Of a DNA stretch of 64,000 bases, positions 19,938 to 28,493 are shown piece by piece (within the stretch, counting starts at the first letter, position 1; each line of letters begins with the position of its first letter). The stretch is from an uncultured Acidobacteriota bacterium. Lineage in GTDB: Bacteria; Acidobacteriota; Thermoanaerobaculia; Gp7-AA8. The position numbers and the translations under genes are program-made. The stretch spans positions 268,603-332,602 of the forward strand of contig CAWCBB010000016.1 in assembly GCA_963793695.1 (NCBI GenBank). The letters are read 5' to 3'. Under the pieces are notes generated by a model. The model made no database searches, was not told the origin of the DNA, and worked only from the letters and a program-made list of their open reading frames with translations.

Positions 19938-20456
19938 ATGAGCGAGCCCGTCGTCCGCCCCGAGCAGCCCGCGGATTTCGATCGGATCCGCGCCGTCTAC
20001 CGAGCCGCGTTTCCGCTGGGGAAAGAGGCGGATGTCGTCGAACAACTCCGCCGCTCGGGCCGCGGCTACGCCGGGTTCGTCGCCGTGGTGGATGGCGAAG
20101 TCGCGGGACAGGTGGTCCTCACGCAGGTCGACCTCGCGACGCGGCGCGGCGAGGACGCGCGCGGGATCGGCATGGCCCCGCTCGCCGTGGCCCCCGAGTT
20201 CCGCGGAAGAGGAATCGGCGGGGCCCTGGTCCGCGAGTCGATCGCCGAGGCCAGGCGGCGCAACGAGGACTTCGTCGTCGTCCTCGGCGACCCTGCGTAT
20301 TACCTCCGTTTCGGGTTCCGGCGCGGCGCGCCCACGCTCCGGTGGCGCAGCGAATCGTACGATCCCTACTTCATGGTCTATCCGATCCGGGAAGAGATCC
20401 TCACCGAGCTCGAGGCGATGGTCACCTACCACCCGGCGATCGAGACGCTCGAGTAG
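19938..20456 (+). CDS. GNAT N-acetyltransferase (YhbS-like)
   Basis: MAPLAVAPEFRGRGIG, VLGDPAYYLRFGF. Confidence 0.9.
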   Translation: MSEPVVRPEQPADFDRIRAVYRAAFPLGKEADVVEQLRRSGRGYAGFVAVVDGEVAGQVVLTQVDLATRRGEDARGIGMAPLAVAPEFRGRGIGGALVRESIAEARRRNEDFVVVLGDPAYYLRFGFRRGAPTLRWRSESYDPYFMVYPIREEILTELEAMVTYHPAIETLE

Positions 20457-20459
20457 GCC

Positions 20460-20948
20460 GTGAAGATCCGTCTCATGGAATCGGCGGACTGGCCGTCGGT
20501 CGCGGCGATCTATCTCGAGGGGATCGAGGGCGGGGAGGCGACGTTCGAGACGTCCGTCCCCCCATGGGACGCGTGGGACGGCGGGCATCTGACTCATTCG
20601 CGGCTCCTCGCCGTCGACGGAGATGCGATCCTCGGATGGGCCGCGCTCTCGCCCGTCTCTCGGCGCGCCGTCTATGCGGGCGTCGCGGAGGCGAGCGTCT
20701 ACGTTCGCGGAGAGTCGCGCCGCGCCGGAGTCGGCCGCACGCTCCTCGAAGCGCTGATCGCGTCGTCCGAAGAATACGGAATCTGGACGCTCCAGGCGTC
20801 GATCTTCCCGGAGAACGCCGCGAGCGTCGCGCTCTGCGAACGGCGCGGCTTCCGCGTCGTCGGACGGCGCGAGCGGATCGCGCGGCAGCACGGGGTCTGG
20901 CGGGACACCGTGATTCTCGAGCGGAGGAGCGGGCGGGTGGGCGGGTAA
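20460..20948 (+). CDS. GNAT N-acetyltransferase (phosphinothricin/methionine sulfoximine acetyltransferase family)
   Basis: ATFET, AYAG-like VYAGVAEASVYV, IFPENAAS, GFRVVG, GVWRD. Confidence 0.9.
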   Translation: MKIRLMESADWPSVAAIYLEGIEGGEATFETSVPPWDAWDGGHLTHSRLLAVDGDAILGWAALSPVSRRAVYAGVAEASVYVRGESRRAGVGRTLLEALIASSEEYGIWTLQASIFPENAASVALCERRGFRVVGRRERIARQHGVWRDTVILERRSGRVGG

Positions 20949-21009
20949 TTCGGCATTCACCATTCAACAGTCGCACGAGAAGCGTGAAGCCCTGAATGTT
21001 GTTTGAATT

Positions 21010-21107
21010 TGGCGGAGGCGTGTTGGAATCGAACCAACCTTTCGACACTTCCGTGCCGAAACAACGGTTTTGAAGACCGCGGGGGCCGCCAGACCCCATT
21101 CGCCTCC
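21010..21107 (-). tRNA. selC: tRNA-Sec (anticodon UCA)
   Basis: 98 nt: GGAGGCGAATGGGGTCTGG...CTTCAAA...long variable arm...GGTTCGATTCC...CGCCTCCGCCA. Confidence 0.93.
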
Positions 21108-21177
21108 CTGGTTTCCGCGCCCGAGCCCGAGCCCGAGAATCTAGCCCCATATCACGCTCCGCGCTAGACCACAGAAC

Positions 21178-21200
21178 GGCCGCGCGCCGCGCGGCCCTAC
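21178..21200. repeat. Single GTAG-type REP overlapping the ExbD stop codon
   Basis: Minus strand GTAGGGCCGCGCGGCGCGCGGCC. Confidence 0.55.
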
Positions 21201-21635
21201 TGTCCTCCGACCTGTTCGGTGAGGAACCCGATCTTCCGGGCGCCCGCGGCGTGCGCGGTGTCCATCGCTCGCACCGCCTGCTCGAAGGCGACGGCGTCGG
21301 ACGCGTTGATGAAGACGACCCGCTCCTCGGTTCCGCGCGAGACCATCAACGGGGCGAGGCGGTCGCGCAGGCGTCGTGAGCTCGCGGTCGGTCAGGGCGC
21401 CGACCTTCTCCTGGTTCAGCCAGAACCCGTCGGGGCGGACGTCGATGACGAGCTGGGTCGCCAGCGGCTCGGGCGGCGGCTCGGTGACCTCCACCTTCGG
21501 CGGCACTTCGACGTCGAGCCCCATCTGGAGGACCGGCGTGGTCACCATGAAGATGATGAGAAGGACGAGGACCACGTCGACGAGGGGCGTGATGTTGATG
21601 TCGCCGCGAATTCCGGTGCTGCTTCCCATCGCCAT
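21197..21635 (-). CDS. exbD: Biopolymer transporter ExbD/TolR; frameshift near 21370
   Basis: DINITPLVDVVLVLLIIFMVTTP; C-terminus VVFINASDAVAFEQAV...ARKIGFLTEQVGGQ* in a shifted frame. Confidence 0.88.
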
Positions 21636-21642
21636 CGCGGGG

Positions 21643-22059
21643 TCACCTCGCCTGCGCGTTCTCGGTCAGGATCGCGACCTGCCGGAAGTCCGCCTCGGTC
21701 GCCTTCTTCATGACCTCGCGCACCTTCCCGAACCGGAGGCGCGCGTCACCCTTGAGCATCACGGTCCGCCCCGGCTCCTTCTCGTGCTCGGCCCGGAGGT
21801 AGCGGACGAGGTCCTGATCCGGGATCCAGCTCTGGCCGACGAACACCGAGCCGTCGTCCCGGATCGAGATGACGAGGTCGTCCTTGTCGCCCGGCTTTTT
21901 TTCCGCGTGCGGGCCCTGCGGCAGGAGGACGTCGACGCCCTGCTGGAGCATCGGCGTGACGACCATGAAGATGATCAGCAGCACGAGGCAGACGTCGACG
22001 AGCGGGGTGACGTTGATGTCCCCCTTGACGTCCATCCCGTTGCCGCCGCCGAACGCCAT
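21643..22059 (-). CDS. exbD: Biopolymer transporter ExbD/TolR
   Basis: DINVTPLVDVCLVLLIIFMVVTP, LKGDARL. Confidence 0.92.
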   Translation of the reverse strand: MAFGGGNGMDVKGDINVTPLVDVCLVLLIIFMVVTPMLQQGVDVLLPQGPHAEKKPGDKDDLVISIRDDGSVFVGQSWIPDQDLVRYLRAEHEKEPGRTVMLKGDARLRFGKVREVMKKATEADFRQVAILTENAQAR

Positions 22060-22063
22060 CGCC

Positions 22064-22750
22064 TCAGACCCTCTTCGTCTTCGCGTAGTAGTCGAGGAGC
22101 TCCGAGGAGGCGTTGGTCATCTCGACATTGAAGCGCTCGATCTTGTTGACGAAGTGGTTGTAGAGCCAGACGGCGGGGATCGCGACGGCGAGCCCGAGCG
22201 CGGTGGCGAAGAGCGCTTCCGCGATCCCCTCCGAGACGGCGCCGAGACCTCCCGATCCCGACGCGGCCATCCCGCGGAACGAGTTGATGATGCCGACGAC
22301 CGTTCCGAAGAGGCCGATGAAGGGCGCGGTGGTCGAGATCGTCGCCAGGTTGCCGATGCCCTTCTTCAGGTCCGCCGCCGTCATCAGCGCTTCGCGCTCG
22401 ATCGCGCGGCGCGAGGACTCGATCGGATCGTAGTCGGAGGGAACCTCGTTGCTCGTTCCCCAGCGAAACTCCTCGAGGCCGGCGCGCAGCACCCGCGCGA
22501 CGTGGCTGTTGTGAAAGCGGCGCTCGCCTGCGACCGAGACCGCCTCTGCGTACTGCCTCTTCTGCAGCAGCGGCCCGACGATGGAGGCGACCTGGAGCGA
22601 TTCCTTCCGCGCCTTGTGAAAGCGCCAGAACCGGTCGATCGCGATCGCCAGAGACCACATCGACATGATGGCGAGGATGATGACGACGACCCTCGCAGTC
22701 GGCCCCAGCGAGGCCCACATTCCTGCGATGGTGAACTGAGTCGAGTCCAT
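22064..22750 (-). CDS. exbB: MotA/TolQ/ExbB proton channel protein
   Basis: LATISTTAPFIGLFGTVVGII, GIAEALFATALGLAVAIPA. Confidence 0.93.
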   Translation of the reverse strand: MDSTQFTIAGMWASLGPTARVVVIILAIMSMWSLAIAIDRFWRFHKARKESLQVASIVGPLLQKRQYAEAVSVAGERRFHNSHVARVLRAGLEEFRWGTSNEVPSDYDPIESSRRAIEREALMTAADLKKGIGNLATISTTAPFIGLFGTVVGIINSFRGMAASGSGGLGAVSEGIAEALFATALGLAVAIPAVWLYNHFVNKIERFNVEMTNASSELLDYYAKTKRV

Positions 22751-22835
22751 ACGGCTACAACCTCCTCGTGCGCTCGCGCGCCGCTACATCACGCCCGGAC
22801 GAACCGCTTCACGACAGGCTCCATTCCGAACGGCT

Positions 22836-23634
22836 TCATTGCAGGCGGAAGCGGACCATCAGGTCGAAGATGACCGGCACCGGTCTGCCTTCGAGCGTCC
22901 CGGGGCGGAACTTCCACTGGCGGACGGCCACCAGCGCCGAGGTGTCCAGCCCTCCGGCCAGGCCCTTGAGCACGCGCGCTTCCGTGACGTTTCCTTCGAT
23001 GTCGATGATCGCTTCGATGATGACGATTCCCTGGAGGCGGGACTTGCGGGCCTCCTCGGTGTAATCCGGTTCCACACGGTAGACGACTTGGGGGGGCTTG
23101 ACGTTTCCGCCGACGCGGCGCGGCCCGGTTCCCGTCCCCGTGCCGCCGAGGGTGCCGCCGAGAACTCCCCCGGGGGTCCCGCCGACGACGCCGCCGATCA
23201 CGCCCCCGATCACGCCTCCCACGACGCCCCCTTCGACGCCTCCCTCCGCGCCGCCCGCCATCCCGCCGTCGGCGTCTTCAGCGGACTGCGGAAGACTCGC
23301 CTTCGGGACTTCGCGCGGGACTTCCCTCGGCGCGACGAACGTGTCGTCGGTCGGCGTGGGCTCCGGCTCGGCGGTCTCGGTGAGCGGGACGGACGGGCCG
23401 GCGGAGGCTCCGGGAGGTGGAGGGGGCGGGGGCGGTGGGGGGGCGGGATCGCCTCCGCCCACCATGAACGCCCGGATCGGTTCGGTCACGGCCTGCGGAG
23501 CCGCTCCCGAGAGGAACGCGAGCATCACGCCGCCGACGAAGAGAACGTGCAGAACGGCCGACACGAGCGCCGGCACGGCGCGCTCGGCGCTCGCGCTTCT
23601 GCTTCGCCGACTCGATGAGGATCCGGTCGAACAT
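22836..23634 (-). CDS. tonB: Energy transducer TonB; frameshift near the N-terminus
   Basis: ATG 23634 with GGAG RBS, TM helix with SxxxH, poly-Pro linker, GGV repeats, YTEEARKSRLQGIVI...WKFRPG TonB_C. Confidence 0.88.
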
Positions 23635-23729
23635 CTCCGCAAACGCGAACGAGGAGAGCCGCCTGAAAACTCCGTTCCCGATCGCGCGGGGCGGCGGCAT
23701 GCGCGAGGACTGTCACGGAGCGGACACGG

Positions 23730-23763
23730 AAAAAGAAAGCCGATCCTCGCGGATCGGCTTTCT
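23730..23763 (-). terminator. Rho-independent terminator after tRNA-Ala
   Basis: Minus strand AGAAAGCCGATCC-gcga-GGATCGGCTTTCTTTTT. Confidence 0.85.
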
Positions 23764-23779
23764 GGGATGGTCACGGATT

Positions 23780-23855
23780 TGGTGGAGCCGATGAGGATCG
23801 AACTCACGACCTCCTGAATGCCATTCAGGCGCTCTCCCAGCTGAGCTACGGCCCC
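23780..23855 (-). tRNA. tRNA-Ala (anticodon GGC)
   Basis: 76 nt GGGGCCGTAGCTCAGCTGGGAGAGCG...ATGGCAT loop...GTTCGATCC...CTCCACCA; G3:U70 identity pair. Confidence 0.96.
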
Positions 23856-23962
23856 GAAACCTTGACGCCCCGGAGGGCGCGCGAACGCTAACACTCCGGC
23901 TGCGGCAGGGTCAAGAACGGGAGGGGGAGAGGGGAAATTTCGGCTGCGCGTGAATCGGAGCC

Positions 23963-24907
23963 CTACCGTTTCGGCGGCGTCATGTTGTAGTAGAAGGCCG
24001 CCGTCACTCGTTCGTTCGGCTCGGGAAAATCCTTCGGCAGGGGCGAGAGAGGGGACGCGAGCTCGATCGCCTTGGCCGCCGCGAAGTCGAACGGCGGCAC
24101 GCCCGAGCTCTGGAGCGTGGTCACATCGGTGATCCGCCCGTCGCGCTGAATCGTGAATCGGATCACGACGACGCCCTTGAGCCCGAGGCGGATGACTTCG
24201 GGCATGTTCTCGTACCAGTGAAGGCGGATCTTCGCGACCATCGCCGCGGCGTAGGGTCCCCAGTCGTACCACTGCGTCTCGAAGGAGATCGGACCGCTCT
24301 CGGCGAACCCCTGCTCGCCTCCGATCCGTCCGCCGTCTCCGGCCGGTTGCGCGCGGGCGGCGTCGCGGATCGCGGAGTTCCAGTCGATCGGCGGCGCGAC
24401 GGTCGATGCGGACCCCCTTCGCTCTCGCGATTCGACCCGGTACGCGAAGCGGTCGTCCGACACGGCTGCGCCGCTCTCCTCGCTTCTCGCGGCGCCGGTC
24501 GCGGGCGGCTGCGGCCGCGCGGCCTCGGCGCCCGGCGCGGAGGCCGAAGCGCCCGGGATGTGGAGCCCTCCCGAGCCGTCGCCCGGCCGGGCGGTGCGCT
24601 CGGCGCCCGTGGAGCTCGGCGCCGCAGCGCGGCGGTTCGCATCCGAAAGGGACGCGGCGGGGGATGGCGCCTGCTCGAGCGGGGCGCCCGGCGCCTCCAC
24701 GAAATTGCGCGGAGGGGACGAGGGGGCCGAACGCTGGGGGACGAGCTGCACGTAGCGGAGCGGCTCTTTCTTTTCCTGAGCCGCTTCGCGCATGCCGAAG
24801 AAGAGGACCAGGAGCACCGCGACGTGGAGCGTCAGAGACACGCCGATGCCGAGGGCGGTTCCCTCCGGTTCGGCAGCCTGCTCGAGGTACTGAAAAGGTC
24901 GATCCAA
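23963..24907 (-). CDS. TonB/TolA-like protein (TM anchor, low-complexity linker, TonB C-terminal domain)
   Basis: SLTLHVAVLL; YDWGPY...KIRLHW, VVIRFTIQRDGRI, SSGVPPFD.AA..AI..ASPL.PLP. Confidence 0.85.
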   Translation of the reverse strand: MDRPFQYLEQAAEPEGTALGIGVSLTLHVAVLLVLFFGMREAAQEKKEPLRYVQLVPQRSAPSSPPRNFVEAPGAPLEQAPSPAASLSDANRRAAAPSSTGAERTARPGDGSGGLHIPGASASAPGAEAARPQPPATGAARSEESGAAVSDDRFAYRVESRERRGSASTVAPPIDWNSAIRDAARAQPAGDGGRIGGEQGFAESGPISFETQWYDWGPYAAAMVAKIRLHWYENMPEVIRLGLKGVVVIRFTIQRDGRITDVTTLQSSGVPPFDFAAAKAIELASPLSPLPKDFPEPNERVTAAFYYNMTPPKR

Positions 24908-24974
24908 CGGCTTTCTCTTGAGGTTGACGGCCTCGCCGGGAAAAAGGATGCGGGAGCGACGTTTGTTCCATCTC

Positions 24975-25344
24975 GACCTCAGACCTCAGACCTCAGACCT
25001 CAGGCCTCAGACCTCAGGCCTCAGGCTACGCAGGCAATGCAGAATGCAGAATGCAGAATGAAATCGCCTTCATGTCGGTGGCGACCGGAGCGGAGAGCGG
25101 CGCTTCGCACCGCACTCCAAAGAGGCGAATCTCGCGGCTGTACCGCTGGCAAGGACGTGATGAGCCGAGAGGCGCTGCCCTCAGTACGAGCGTGCGCCTG
25201 GCGTTTTGGAGTGCGGCGCCCGCAGGCGCCGCTTTCATGTTCCGGGCTTTCTGCTTCGATTCAACATCCGAGGCCTGAGGCCTGAGGCCTGAGGCCTGGG
25301 GCCTGGGGTCTGGGGTCTGGGGTCTGGAGTCTGCGGTCTGGGCT
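24975..25344. repeat. Composite intergenic element: (GACCTCA)n arm, (AATGCAG)n array, TTTGGAGTGCG-type REP doublet, inverted (TGAGGCC/TGGGGTC)n arm
   Basis: Arms at 24975-25026 and 25270-25344; AATGCAG x3 at about 25036-25059; REPs AGAGCGGCG..CCGCACTCCAAA (25094-25121) and TTTGGAGTGCGGCG..CGCCGCTTT (25205-25235). Confidence 0.85.
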
Positions 25345-25398
25345 CCGGGGCGAGAACTGCCCGGCGATCTGAACGTACAATCCATCAGGAGGCCTTCC

Positions 25399-26124
25399 GT
25401 GACCGACTATCCCGCTCCACCGACTGCCGCTCCGCCACCCTCGGCTCCCGCGCGGCGGACGATCGATTTCGGGCGCCCGTTCACGTTCGTCTTCGACGAT
25501 CCGGACTGGATCCGGAAAGTCCTCGTGGGCGGGCTGATGTACCTGCTCTCGTTCCTGCTGATCGGGATCTTCTTCGTGTTCGGCTACTGCGCGCGCCTCG
25601 CGCGGAACGTCGCGGCGGGCGCCGCGCGCCCGCTGCCCGAGTGGGACCAGTGGGGAGAGGACTTCGTGGAAGGGCTCAAGCTCTTCGTGATCGTCCTCAT
25701 CTACTACATCCCCGTCATGGCGCTCGTCGTCCTCGGCCTGGGCGGGACCGCGATCCTCGGCGCTCTCGCGGACGATACGGGCGCCGACGCCCTCGCGGCC
25801 CTCTCCGGGGGGATGTTCAGCATCGGGATGTGCCTGATCTATATCCTCGCGCTCGCGATCGCGGTGATCCTTCCCGCCGCGCTGACGCTCGCCGTGATGC
25901 GCCGCAGCTTCAGCGCCGCGTTCGACCTGAGCGCGGTGTTCGCCTACATCGGGCAAAACGGGGCGAACTACGTGCTCGCGATCGCCGTCCACTTCATCGC
26001 CGGCTTCCTCGCGCAGTTCGGCTTCTTCCTCCTGTGCGTCGGCCTCCTCTTCACGGCCTTCTGGGCGCAGCTCGCGACCACCCACGCTTTCGGTGAGGCG
26101 TACCGCTACTCTCCGGTTCGATGA
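25399..26124 (+). CDS. DUF4013-type membrane protein
   Basis: F.RPFTFVFDDPDW..KVLVGG, GY, PLPEWD.WG..F..G pattern; multiple TM segments. Confidence 0.8.
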   Translation: MTDYPAPPTAAPPPSAPARRTIDFGRPFTFVFDDPDWIRKVLVGGLMYLLSFLLIGIFFVFGYCARLARNVAAGAARPLPEWDQWGEDFVEGLKLFVIVLIYYIPVMALVVLGLGGTAILGALADDTGADALAALSGGMFSIGMCLIYILALAIAVILPAALTLAVMRRSFSAAFDLSAVFAYIGQNGANYVLAIAVHFIAGFLAQFGFFLLCVGLLFTAFWAQLATTHAFGEAYRYSPVR

Positions 26125-26594
26125 CCACGACCGCACGGCTCACCGCGGCGCTTCTGGCGTTCGCCGTCGGGATCGTCCCGGCGGCGGCGCTCGCGGTGAT
26201 GGCCGCGCGTCTGGCCGGCGCACCCGCCTGGCTCGACCTCCCGTTCCGGCTCGTCTGTCACGGGATCGACTCGCGCTCGCTTTCGATCGCGGGGGTCGCG
26301 ATGCCGATCTGCGCCCGCTGTTTCGCGATCTACGTCGGAGCCCTCGCCGGAATCGGCCTTTTCTTCGTCCTGGGGCTCTGGTCCCGGGCGCCGATTCATC
26401 TCGGATGGCTCCTGATCTCCCTCGTCCCGATGGCGATCGACGGCCTGTCGCAGGCGAGCGGCCTCCGCGAGAGCTCGAACCTGCTCCGGTTCCTCACGGG
26501 ATTTCCCGCAGGGGCCGTCGCTCTCGTGTGGCTCCTGTCGCGGGTTTCGGCGGCAGGCCCTTCGGGGGAGGACGCAGCAGCAAGGAGCAAGTAG
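26121..26594 (+). CDS. DUF2085-type membrane protein
   Basis: VCHG...RS, PICARC..IY.G, PMAIDG, SN..RFLTG. Confidence 0.82.
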   Translation: MTTTARLTAALLAFAVGIVPAAALAVMAARLAGAPAWLDLPFRLVCHGIDSRSLSIAGVAMPICARCFAIYVGALAGIGLFFVLGLWSRAPIHLGWLLISLVPMAIDGLSQASGLRESSNLLRFLTGFPAGAVALVWLLSRVSAAGPSGEDAAARSK

Positions 26595-26760
26595 CACCCA
26601 GGCCGCCTTCGCGACCCACGACGTGCGGCGCCCTGTGCGGCTTGAACTGATCCTGCCGATGCGCTACGCTGTATCGCCTCCGAACACTTCGGCGGAAATC
26701 GTTACAAATCAGCTAGATCGGAGGAATTCGCATCCCTTTCCGATCCGCGCCCGGAGCAGA

Positions 26761-27633
26761 ATGGCATTCCAAGGTTCGCTCAAGGAGCTGCCCCTCCCCG
26801 ACATCATTCAGCTCATGAGCGTCGGCGGGAAAACCGGCAGATTCACGCTGAGCCGGGAGGGGGAGGAGGGGGTCATCTTCCTCCGGAACGGCAAGATCGT
26901 TCACGCGCACGTGGGCGAGCTGGTCGGCGAGGAAGCGATCTACGCGCTGGCGATCTGGAACGAAGGGGAGTTCCTCTTCGTCCCTGCCGAGGAGACCACC
27001 GAGCAGACGGTCAAACGGTCGAACACGAACCTGCTGATGGAGGCGGCGCGCCGCCTCGACGAGTGGAAAGTCCTCTCGCGCAAGATCGCATCGGTCGACA
27101 TGGTGCCGGCGCTCGACGCGCGTCCGACCCGGCACGACCAGATCACGCTGAATCCCCAGGAATGGATGCTCGTCACCAAGATCGACGGGCGAAGGTCGAT
27201 CGCCGAGATCGCGCCGCTGCTCGAGATCTCCCCCTTCGAAGTGGCGAAGATCCTCTACGGATTGCTGACGGCGGAGCTGGCGGTCCTCGGGAAGGAGGCG
27301 CCGCGGCCGGAGCCGGCCGCCGAGCCCTCCCGCCCGGCAGCCCCCTCGCAGCCTGCGGCGCCGCCCGTCACGGACGACACCGAAGTCGCGGCGATGGTCG
27401 ATCTCGCGGGGCGGATCCGGCTTCTCGCGGAGAAACACATCGGAGCGGGGGGATCGAAATCGGTCCAGCGACAGTTCGAGGTGGCGGTGGACTCGATCCG
27501 CGCGGGCGGGGGAGCGGGCGCGATCCGCGAGATGATCCGGGAGCTCGAGAAGACCACCTCGCTCCTTCGCGGTTCCGCCGTGGCCGAGCAACTCCGCGCC
27601 GACATCGCCCAGCATCTGCGCGCGGCGGGATAG
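26761..27633 (+). CDS. DUF4388 domain protein
   Basis: MAFQGSLKELPLPDIIQL..GGKTG, G.IFLRNGKIVHA, NLLMEAARRLDEW. Confidence 0.88.
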   Translation: MAFQGSLKELPLPDIIQLMSVGGKTGRFTLSREGEEGVIFLRNGKIVHAHVGELVGEEAIYALAIWNEGEFLFVPAEETTEQTVKRSNTNLLMEAARRLDEWKVLSRKIASVDMVPALDARPTRHDQITLNPQEWMLVTKIDGRRSIAEIAPLLEISPFEVAKILYGLLTAELAVLGKEAPRPEPAAEPSRPAAPSQPAAPPVTDDTEVAAMVDLAGRIRLLAEKHIGAGGSKSVQRQFEVAVDSIRAGGGAGAIREMIRELEKTTSLLRGSAVAEQLRADIAQHLRAAG

Positions 27634-27637
27634 GCGA

Positions 27638-27710
27638 CGATCGCAGATCGCAGATCGCGGATTGCAGATTGCAGATTGAAAGTCCGGAATTGAGCTGCGA
27701 TCCGCAATCG
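27638..27710. repeat. Heptamer array (GATCGCA/GATTGCA)n with a short inverted partner
   Basis: gatcgca gatcgca gatcgcg gattgca gattgca gattg ... tgcgatccgcaatc. Confidence 0.7.
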
Positions 27711-27713
27711 ACG

Positions 27714-28466
27714 ATGACCGGCTGGAACGTAGTCACCACGCCCGAGGTCGGCCGGATCCTTCTCGCGCCCGAGGTGCCGGAAGGCTTCGGCCTCTTCTAC
27801 ACCACGCTCGATTTCCAGGGCCGGCTCGCGGGCGAGGAGCTCGACGCTCTCACGGCGCTCATCGATCGCCGGTGGGGACCTCGGATCGGTCTGATCACGT
27901 GCACGCAGGTGCACGGGACCGATGTCGTCTTCGCGCAGAGCCCTCGGCGGAATGGCGGGTGGCCGGCGAGTGCGACGCGATCTGGAGCGACCGGCCGAAG
28001 GTGGCGATCGGGATCAAGGTCGCCGATTGCCTTCCGGTGACCATCATCGACGCCGCGCACGGGGCGATGGCGAACATTCACTCGGGATGGCGCGGCGCCT
28101 CCGGGGCGATCGTTCGCCGGACGATCGAAGCGATGCAGCGCGTCTCGAGCTTTTCGATCGCGAGCGCGCGCGTCTGGCTCGGCCCCTCGATCCGGGCCTG
28201 CTGTTTCGAGGTCGGAGAAGAAGTCGTCGACGCGTTCCGGGCCCGTTACGGAGACGTGACGGAGTGCGTCGTCCCCGGCGCAGGGAGTGCGCCCGCACTT
28301 CGACCTGGTACGCCTGACGGCGCGCCTCCTCGCGGAGGCGGGCCTCCCTTCCGGCTCGGTCGTCGATTCGGGGCTCTGTACCCGGTGCGACGGGTCGGTC
28401 TTCCATTCCTGGCGGCGCGACCGGAACGCCTCCGGCCGGGTGCTCGCGGTGGTCATTCAGGCATGA
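27714..28466 (+). CDS. pgeF: PgeF/YfiH purine nucleoside phosphorylase / laccase-domain protein; frameshifted
   Basis: QVHG, IKVADCLPV, IHSGWRG, GPSIRACCFEVG, LCTRC..F.SWRRD...GR..AV. Confidence 0.88.
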
Positions 28467-28493
28467 ATTTCGGATAGAGGGGCAGGGAAACCC

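Noticed and set aside
21010-21107. Genomic island integrated at selC, or selenoprotein genes in the window
   Set aside because: No integrase, no duplicated tRNA 3' end, and no in-frame TGA at a catalytic Cys position was noticed in the annotated proteins.
23100-23460. Poly-Pro and GGV repeats in TonB as a novel repeat element
   Set aside because: Ordinary low-complexity linker of TonB proteins.
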